Shown here piece after piece: positions 6,890 through 11,905 of a DNA stretch of 11,905 nucleotides; the stretch's first letter is position 1, and every line of letters starts with the position of its first letter. The notes below the pieces were generated by a model. It was given only the letters and a program-made list of their open reading frames with translations, searched no databases and was not told the origin of the DNA. A program made the position numbers and the translations under genes. This DNA is from Planctomycetota bacterium (GTDB taxonomy: Bacteria > Planctomycetota > GCA-002687715 > DRQF01), in NCBI GenBank assembly GCA_036479435.1, contig JAZGFI010000229.1, forward strand, positions 1 to 11,905, written 5' to 3'.

Positions 6890-7953
6890 GTGCGCAACTC
6901 CGCCTGATAGTGAGCGGCGTGGCGAGCGACGTGATCTTTCATGACTTTGCGAATCGACTTCGGTTCCAAGATCTCAACGTCGGGTCCCAACGAGAGCAAC
7001 CAGTCCGCCATTTTCTCCGGCGCCTTGGCTGACAAGACAAGCGTTGAACTCTGCGCCTCATCGTCGTCTTCGCTGGCATCTACAAATTTGAAGTGCAGCC
7101 GCGACTGATGCCTCAATTGAAGCGCGAGGTCGCGGGGAACGCGGATTTTAACTTCTGTGGGGTCAACGTCCCCAAAGTCCCAAGCTTCCCGAAACAAATG
7201 ATCTTCGATGCGAAATCCCTTGGGAACTTCGAATTCGAAACTGGCGTCCGACGCTCCGGTCAACGCTACGGCCCCCACGACTCGGGAGAGACGAAACATG
7301 CGTGTCCCCTCACGGTCGTGATCGAATCCGACGAGATACCACTCGCCGCGATCGATGCCGAGTCCGTAGGGGTCAACACGACGCTTTTGAGGATCGGTGT
7401 CTTGGCGGCCGCGGTAAGAAAAACGAATCGTCCGCCGGGAGTAGACGGCGGCGCAAATGGTCTGCAACAGCTCCGCAACTTTGGCGTGTCCAGAACTGAC
7501 CTGTAGCAAGCTCGCGCGCTCCGCCGGAACCTCGCCGATCTCGGGAGCGTCGACGGCAAGCTTGCGCAGGGCAGAGGCAAAGGCCTCCTTCATGATCGGG
7601 CTGCTCATTGCGACCGCCCCACTGCGGCCAGCCATCGACAAGATGACCGCGTCCACGGTGTCCAACTTGATCTCGCCCAAGAAAAAGCGATCGAGGGGAA
7701 TGATGTAACCCGAGGCTTCGGGACTTCCGCCGTCGATATACTCGACCGGAATTCCCATGTTTCTCAACTCAGCCTTGTCGCGGTCAAACCGTTTTTCAAT
7801 GGAATCGAGCCGCGCTTCGTCGTCATAACCGACGACATGTCCGGCAATCTTGGAAAAGGGAATCGGACGGCGCGAACGAAGCATGAACGAAATGAGGTTC
7901 AGCAAGCGTTCGGTCTTCGAAACTTTGACCTGACCCGTGGAGCTGGGGTCCAT
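6886..7953 (-). CDS. pafB: PafB-like HTH-WYL-WCX transcriptional regulator
   Basis: PafB signature SKTERLLNL...VVGY...KRFDRDKAELRNMGIPVE (mycobacterial SKVERLVNL...VAGY...RMFERDKNELRDLGIPLE) and ALRKL. WYL domain RRVDPYGL...GEWYLVGFDHDR..RMFRLSRV and WCX end WLLSLGPDVEILEP. GGAAGG RBS upstream of the ATG. Confidence 0.9.
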   Translation of the reverse strand: MDPSSTGQVKVSKTERLLNLISFMLRSRRPIPFSKIAGHVVGYDDEARLDSIEKRFDRDKAELRNMGIPVEYIDGGSPEASGYIIPLDRFFLGEIKLDTVDAVILSMAGRSGAVAMSSPIMKEAFASALRKLAVDAPEIGEVPAERASLLQVSSGHAKVAELLQTICAAVYSRRTIRFSYRGRQDTDPQKRRVDPYGLGIDRGEWYLVGFDHDREGTRMFRLSRVVGAVALTGASDASFEFEVPKGFRIEDHLFREAWDFGDVDPTEVKIRVPRDLALQLRHQSRLHFKFVDASEDDDEAQSSTLVLSAKAPEKMADWLLSLGPDVEILEPKSIRKVMKDHVARHAAHYQAELRT

Positions 7954-7971
7954 GCCGATTACCTTCCGAGT

Positions 7972-8008
7972 ATTCTAACGACGAGCCGCATCCACGTGAT
8001 GCTGTCAA
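7972..8008 (-). promoter_or_regulatory. Putative pafBC promoter region: -10 TAGAAT (7977-7972), TTGACA (8008-8003) and an intervening palindrome
   Basis: A near-consensus -10 lies 18 nt upstream of the ATG. A perfect TTGACA is 25 nt further upstream (non-canonical spacing), with GCATC-N5-GATGC at 7988-8002 between them. Confidence 0.4.
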
Positions 8009-8148
8009 TTCCAAGGCGAAGGCCAACGCCAGCAAGGTGCCGGGAAAGTTGACGGTCTTGGGGGGCAGCCGAGGGAGAAACCCACGAACGGCAGAACGCC
8101 CGTTTTACCCGCAGGTTACCCTAGCCGCAAGCGTCGGTTAAACCCCAG

Positions 8149-8736
8149 CTAGGCCGGAGTGGCGGCCAGTCCCATCGCAGCCCGCACCTCTTTTTTGAGG
8201 GCGATGATGTCGAGCGGCTTCTTGACCACGCGCAGACCCTCTTTTTCAAGTTCGCCAACGCCTTGGTCCTCAAGGTAACCGGTCATGATAATGACACTCA
8301 TTTCCTTTAGCTGATCGACGCCCTTGATGGTCTCGACCACCTCGTAGGCGGTGGTGTCACCAAGGTTGTAGTCAATGAGCAGCAGAGTTGGCCGGATGCG
8401 CATGGTCTCGAAACCGGCTTGATAGCCCCCGGTGGCAACCTGGACGTCGAGGTCGCCGTCTTTTTCGAACAGCTCAGCGAGGCTGCGCACGAGTTTTTCA
8501 TCATCGTCCGCAATAAGCAGCTTGGGACGGCTATCAAAGAGCCGCTGATCAAAGGGGATCTTGTGCTCAACGAGGAACCTCAACAGAGCTTCCTTCGGGA
8601 TTCGACGGTCTTTGGACGCCGGAATCTTGTAGCCTTCGAGCTTGCCCGCTTCGAACCACTTAATCACCGTACGAATCGTGACTTGGCAGATCTTGGCGAC
8701 CTGACCCGTCGTAAAGACGTCTTTTCGCGTCGTCAC
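8149..8736 (-). CDS. Response regulator with N-terminal excisionase/MerR-like HTH (HTH_17) and C-terminal receiver domain
   Basis: VFTTGQVAKICQVTIRTVIKWFEAGKLEGYKIP.SKDRRIP is a typical planctomycete HTH. Receiver motifs are intact: LIADDD, LLLID (phospho-Asp), IMTG and KP. GGAG RBS before the GTG. Confidence 0.9.
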   Translation of the reverse strand: MTTRKDVFTTGQVAKICQVTIRTVIKWFEAGKLEGYKIPASKDRRIPKEALLRFLVEHKIPFDQRLFDSRPKLLIADDDEKLVRSLAELFEKDGDLDVQVATGGYQAGFETMRIRPTLLLIDYNLGDTTAYEVVETIKGVDQLKEMSVIIMTGYLEDQGVGELEKEGLRVVKKPLDIIALKKEVRAAMGLAATPA

Positions 8737-8874
8737 GGACTAAATATCTCCCCAGGGGACTCCGGCGCGGAGTTCTCGACAACAAGTTAGGCGCATGCGG
8801 GCCCAGCCCAGTGTAGGTCAAATTTCAGGTCCGCCCCAAGATTCTCTGCCGCTTTCGGCGCCACCCCCCCTATC

Positions 8875-8890
8875 TTTGCATCGTTGCAAA
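8875..8890. promoter_or_regulatory. Palindrome TTTGCA-TCGT-TGCAAA, candidate operator in the divergent intergenic region
   Basis: Perfect 6-bp arms, AT-rich relative to background, lying between the regulator gene and the tRNA promoter. Confidence 0.3.
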
Positions 8891-8940
8891 CCCCCGTGGG
8901 CTGGTCTCTTGGCAACTTTAAGACAAAAGCGCCACTTCCC

Positions 8941-8977
8941 TTGACTCGCCCCAAACCCCGCGTCAGAATGCGCGCGC
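8941..8977 (+). promoter_or_regulatory. Sigma70-type tRNA promoter
   Basis: TTGACT (8941-8946), 17-nt spacer, CAGAAT (8964-8969), then a GC-rich discriminator GCGCGCGC typical of stable-RNA promoters. Confidence 0.8.
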
Positions 8978-8980
8978 TTT

Positions 8981-9054
8981 GGGCGTATAGCTCAGCTGGC
9001 TAGAGTGCCACGTTGACATCGTGGAGGTCCCTGGTTCGAGCCCAGGTACGCCCA
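8981..9054 (+). tRNA. tRNA-Val(GAC)
   Basis: Cloverleaf: acceptor GGGCGTA/TACGCCC, D arm GCTC/GAGT, anticodon stem CCACG/CGTGG with loop TTGACAT (GAC at 9015-9017), T arm CCTGG-TTCGAGC-CCAGG and discriminator A. CCA is not encoded. Confidence 0.97.
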
Positions 9055-9058
9055 CTCC

Positions 9059-9100
9059 AGAAGGTTCCAGCCCGTAAGGGTTTGGAGCCTTCTTTCGTTT
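9059..9100 (+). terminator. Hairpin downstream of the tRNA, probable intrinsic terminator
   Basis: AGAAGGTTCCAGCCC-GTAA-GGGTTTGGAGCCTTCT stem with a GNRA loop, followed by the T-rich TTCGTTT. Confidence 0.7.
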
Positions 9101-9279
9101 GAAATGGCCGAGTTGGCCGGAAGCGCGCTTTGCCCCAGGGCCGGTCTGTTAAGGTTCGCCAGTGCTGCCTCAAGCGGGCCACAGGACACAAAGCGACTGA
9201 GTTCGGGGCACCCCGTCTCTAAGAAGAAGTTGGCGCCAGCCAGATGAAAGTTAGGTCTGGCCGGCGAGGAGGAAAAAGA

Positions 9280-10896
9280 ATGGTGGAACGACGCAGTTCG
9301 CGAAAATCAGGCCGAGACTCAGGCCGCGGCTCCCGATCCCGGCGACCGGCCAAGAAAAGCTCTTCCAATCCGGCCCTCATTTTCGGTGGTCTTGCAGGCG
9401 TCATCGCCCTGGGCGTCGCTGCTTTTTTCATTTTCGGCGGCGGCGACGAAGCCCAATCCGATGACAAAAAACTGAGCGCCAACGCCAAAAAAGAACAAGC
9501 GGCACTTCGCGAGCCGGCTGGTTCAGAAGAATCACTCTTCAGTGCGAGCACCGGGTCCGGCAACAAGAACGCCGAGAGCAAGAACAACGCAGCGACACCC
9601 GAGAATTCAGAGGCTCAAAAAATCGTCAAGCAGGAACCGAAAGAGCCCGTTCGAGAACGCGTCGTCGGTCGCGAACCCAAAAGTATTCCGGCCCTCGCAG
9701 AACTTCTTGAGATCAAGAATCGACTCTACGTGTCGACCGAGATCCGCGCCAAAATCGAAGCCACCAACCGGGAGGCATTAAAGTTCCGGACCGAGCGCTG
9801 GGACGTCACAAAAAAGATGATTCGCGCCGCCGAAGCCCTAAAGAAGCAGGCCCGCAAGGATAAGCGCGACCCCTTTCTTTCGGAGGCTGACACTCTCTTC
9901 AAGCGGCTCAACACTCGGATGACGAAGAGCGATCTGCACAAAAAAGACAGCAGCGGAAACCTCTTCGATGAGCCTTTCATCGGCTACATCGATGAGCCCT
10001 ACGCGATCTACGTCCAGCAGAGCCAAGACGTCGATGAGATCGCCTTCGCCAAAAAAACGGTGGCCGAACTAAAAGCGCTCCGCACAGCCTTCGTCGACTT
10101 CTTTGGCGGCTTCATCGACCTCGAGAAGAAAAAGAAAAAGCACGCGGTCAAAGTTCTGTTGCTCAGCAACTCGAAAGAGTACCAGTCTTACAACCGCATT
10201 CGAAACCCCGAGCAAGACCTCACCGGCGCCCTCGCCCATTACCAGCCCAAAGACGGCCTACTGGTAAACCCGATGAAGTTTAGAACCTCAAGTAATGAAG
10301 ACGCCGAGCACAAACGCCGCGAGGTCATCTTCCACGAGGGAACTCACCAGCTCCTCGACTACTATACGGGCCAAAACCACCTGTCATCTTTCGGCGCCAT
10401 GTGGTCGGACGAAGGGGTCGCCGAGTACTTCGCCGGACACTTCATGGATGACGCGGGCACCGTTCACTTTGGCCGCATGAATCATCGCATCTCCGCTTTG
10501 GAAGGCATGTTCGGGCAATCGAGGAGGTTGCCCCTTCGCAAGTTTCTAAAGCACACGCGCTACATGACCGACAAGCTCAAAAAAGAGGGCAAGGTCAATG
10601 AGTCCCGACTGCTTCAAAACGCGGTCTACGCGCAGGGTTGGGCGCTCGTCTACTTCATGAACAATTGGCACAACGGCTACTACAAAAAACAGTTCCAAGC
10701 CATCATGAAGAAGCAGATCGAAGACGGCGACGCGGGCTTAGTCCCTTTCAACTGGATCTTTCCGAAAGACGACTTCGACAAGCTTGAAGTCGAGTTCGAG
10801 GACTATCTCAATCACCTCGCCACCGCTCGCAAGGCGGGCAAGATCAGCAAAGAAGGGGTCATCGCGGACAACGACGACAAGTCTGACGAGGGCTAA
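9280..10896 (+). CDS. Membrane-anchored DUF1570-like HEXXH metallopeptidase-fold protein
   Basis: Arg/Ser-rich N-terminus, one TM helix (ALIFGGLAGVIALGVAAFFIFGG) and a low-complexity linker. These are followed by HEGTHQL (HEGTH at 10333-10347), WSDEGVAEYF and YAQGWALVYF. The ATG at 9280 follows an AGGAGG RBS; an alternative ATG is at 9244. Confidence 0.8.
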   Translation: MVERRSSRKSGRDSGRGSRSRRPAKKSSSNPALIFGGLAGVIALGVAAFFIFGGGDEAQSDDKKLSANAKKEQAALREPAGSEESLFSASTGSGNKNAESKNNAATPENSEAQKIVKQEPKEPVRERVVGREPKSIPALAELLEIKNRLYVSTEIRAKIEATNREALKFRTERWDVTKKMIRAAEALKKQARKDKRDPFLSEADTLFKRLNTRMTKSDLHKKDSSGNLFDEPFIGYIDEPYAIYVQQSQDVDEIAFAKKTVAELKALRTAFVDFFGGFIDLEKKKKKHAVKVLLLSNSKEYQSYNRIRNPEQDLTGALAHYQPKDGLLVNPMKFRTSSNEDAEHKRREVIFHEGTHQLLDYYTGQNHLSSFGAMWSDEGVAEYFAGHFMDDAGTVHFGRMNHRISALEGMFGQSRRLPLRKFLKHTRYMTDKLKKEGKVNESRLLQNAVYAQGWALVYFMNNWHNGYYKKQFQAIMKKQIEDGDAGLVPFNWIFPKDDFDKLEVEFEDYLNHLATARKAGKISKEGVIADNDDKSDEG

Positions 10897-11035
10897 CGCT
10901 CAACCCGATGGGCCGGGGTGAAGGGAGTCGTCAGGGCTTTCTTCGCTCTCAAGGCAAATCGAGCGGGCTTTTTTGAAAATCTTCGCATGCCCTTTCCGAC
11001 TTCAGGTCGGTACGCAGAATTCATAGAGACTGAGT

Positions 11036-11608
11036 ATGAACCCCATCGATATTGCCGCGATCATCCTCATCGGCTTCAACCTCATCCTGGGGTTGATGCG
11101 CGGCGCCGTCCCGCAGGTCATCAAGATCCTCTCCATCATCCTCGGAGTGTGGGCCGCGATGCGCTACGGAGAGGTTTTTCGCGACAACTTGCCCGCAAGT
11201 TTCGGCCTCAGTGATTCCGCGGGCCTGATCATCGCGCAGATCGTGCTCTTCATGTCGATCTACTTGGTCATGTTCGGAATATCGCATCTCATGCGAAAAC
11301 TGATTCAAAAGGCCGAGTTGCGGTCGATGGATCGGGTCTTAGGCGGGTTGTTGGGAGCGGCTAAAGGCATCATCTACTGCTGCGTGCTGCTCTACTTGCA
11401 GTTCATTCCCTTCATCACTGAAATCACGGGCGTCAAAAAACAGCTCTACGGCTCCGAGGCCAAGAATATTGATGGCTCCATCGCCAACCGCATCTTTATT
11501 TCTTACCTCAAGGATCGCATCGACAGCACGATACCTGACGACCTCTCAAAGAAAGTCGACAACTTCGTCGATGATGCCGACCGCGTCGTCCGCCCCAAGC
11601 CTAAGTAA
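11036..11608 (+). CDS. cvpA: CvpA (colicin V production) family membrane protein
   Basis: MNPIDIAAII...GLMRG, four hydrophobic segments and the DRVLGGLLGAAKG signature. Confidence 0.9.
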   Translation: MNPIDIAAIILIGFNLILGLMRGAVPQVIKILSIILGVWAAMRYGEVFRDNLPASFGLSDSAGLIIAQIVLFMSIYLVMFGISHLMRKLIQKAELRSMDRVLGGLLGAAKGIIYCCVLLYLQFIPFITEITGVKKQLYGSEAKNIDGSIANRIFISYLKDRIDSTIPDDLSKKVDNFVDDADRVVRPKPK

Positions 11609-11644
11609 GCGCCGCTGAAAGCCGCGAATTTGCTTTACAACCCA

Positions 11645-11905
11645 CTAATTGCTCGTAAGCCCTTTGAGCTGCTCATCGAGGTAAGCGCCGTAGACCACGC
11701 GATCCTTTTCGGTCTTGATCGACTCCAGCCTCGATTGCGCCTCTAAGTAGAGTTCTTTTGATCGCGCAAGATTACCGGCACGTTGGCGCCACATATCGGC
11801 GCGACTGATCAGCAAAGACACTTTCTGCGAAACGCTGATGGGGTCAGACAAGGGGTCGGCCGCGGCCCAGATATCATCGGCTCGCGCCCAGTTTTTCGCG
11901 TAAAG
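11645..11905 (-). CDS. 3' end of a gene entering from the right edge; helical, possibly TPR-like, unknown function
   Basis: The frame of the 11645-11851 ORF stays open to the window edge (LYAKNWARADDIWAAADPLSDP...AGNLARSKELYLEA...) and ends at TAG, convergent with cvpA. Confidence 0.65.
   Translation of the reverse strand, partial: LYAKNWARADDIWAAADPLSDPISVSQKVSLLISRADMWRQRAGNLARSKELYLEAQSRLESIKTEKDRVVYGAYLDEQLKGLTSN

Noticed and set aside
5903..7953. WYL genes as markers of an anti-phage defence island (BrxR/CapW/CRISPR-associated type)
   Set aside because: The signatures are PafB/PafC-specific, and no defence genes or CRISPR array are visible in the window.
8992..9587. Minus-strand ORFs 8992-9189, 9000-9191 and 9219-9587
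   Set aside because: They overlap the tRNA or the DUF1570-like gene in antisense and show no protein-like features.
10944..10975. Possible terminator CGCTC...GAGCG followed by a T-run after the DUF1570-like gene
   Set aside because: Only a 5-bp stem with a 12-nt loop, offset from the T-tract, which is too weak to call.
10918..11308. ORFs 10918-11214 (+) and 11021-11308 (-)
   Set aside because: They overlap the clearly recognisable cvpA gene in other frames.
8981..11905. Possible genomic island integrated at tRNA-Val
   Set aside because: No integrase, no duplicated tRNA 3' end seen, and the downstream genes look native.

Overview
Chromosomal housekeeping and regulatory region of a moderately GC-rich bacterium, most likely Planctomycetota (PVC group). 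This is inferred from a TIGR04138/Minf_1886-like protein, an excisionase-HTH response regulator, a DUF1570-like protein and a paralogous DnaA. A long minus-strand run encodes, in order: HTH-receiver regulator, PafB-like and PafC-like WYL regulators (overlapping), a secreted TPR/HEXXH peptidase, a divergent DnaA homologue, HolB (DNA Pol III delta'), a TIGR04138-like protein, and the start of a gene cut off at the left edge. Divergent from this run on the plus strand are tRNA-Val(GAC) with its promoter and terminator, a membrane-anchored DUF1570-like HEXXH protein and a CvpA-family protein. The 3' end of a convergent minus-strand gene closes the window. Two observations stand out. First, an actinobacterial-type PafBC DNA-damage regulator pair sits outside its usual Pup-proteasome locus. 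Second, just downstream is a DnaA paralogue that keeps Walker A/B and the DNA-binding domain but appears to have lost sensor I, the arginine finger and sensor II. All family assignments come from recognising motifs by eye; no searches were run.
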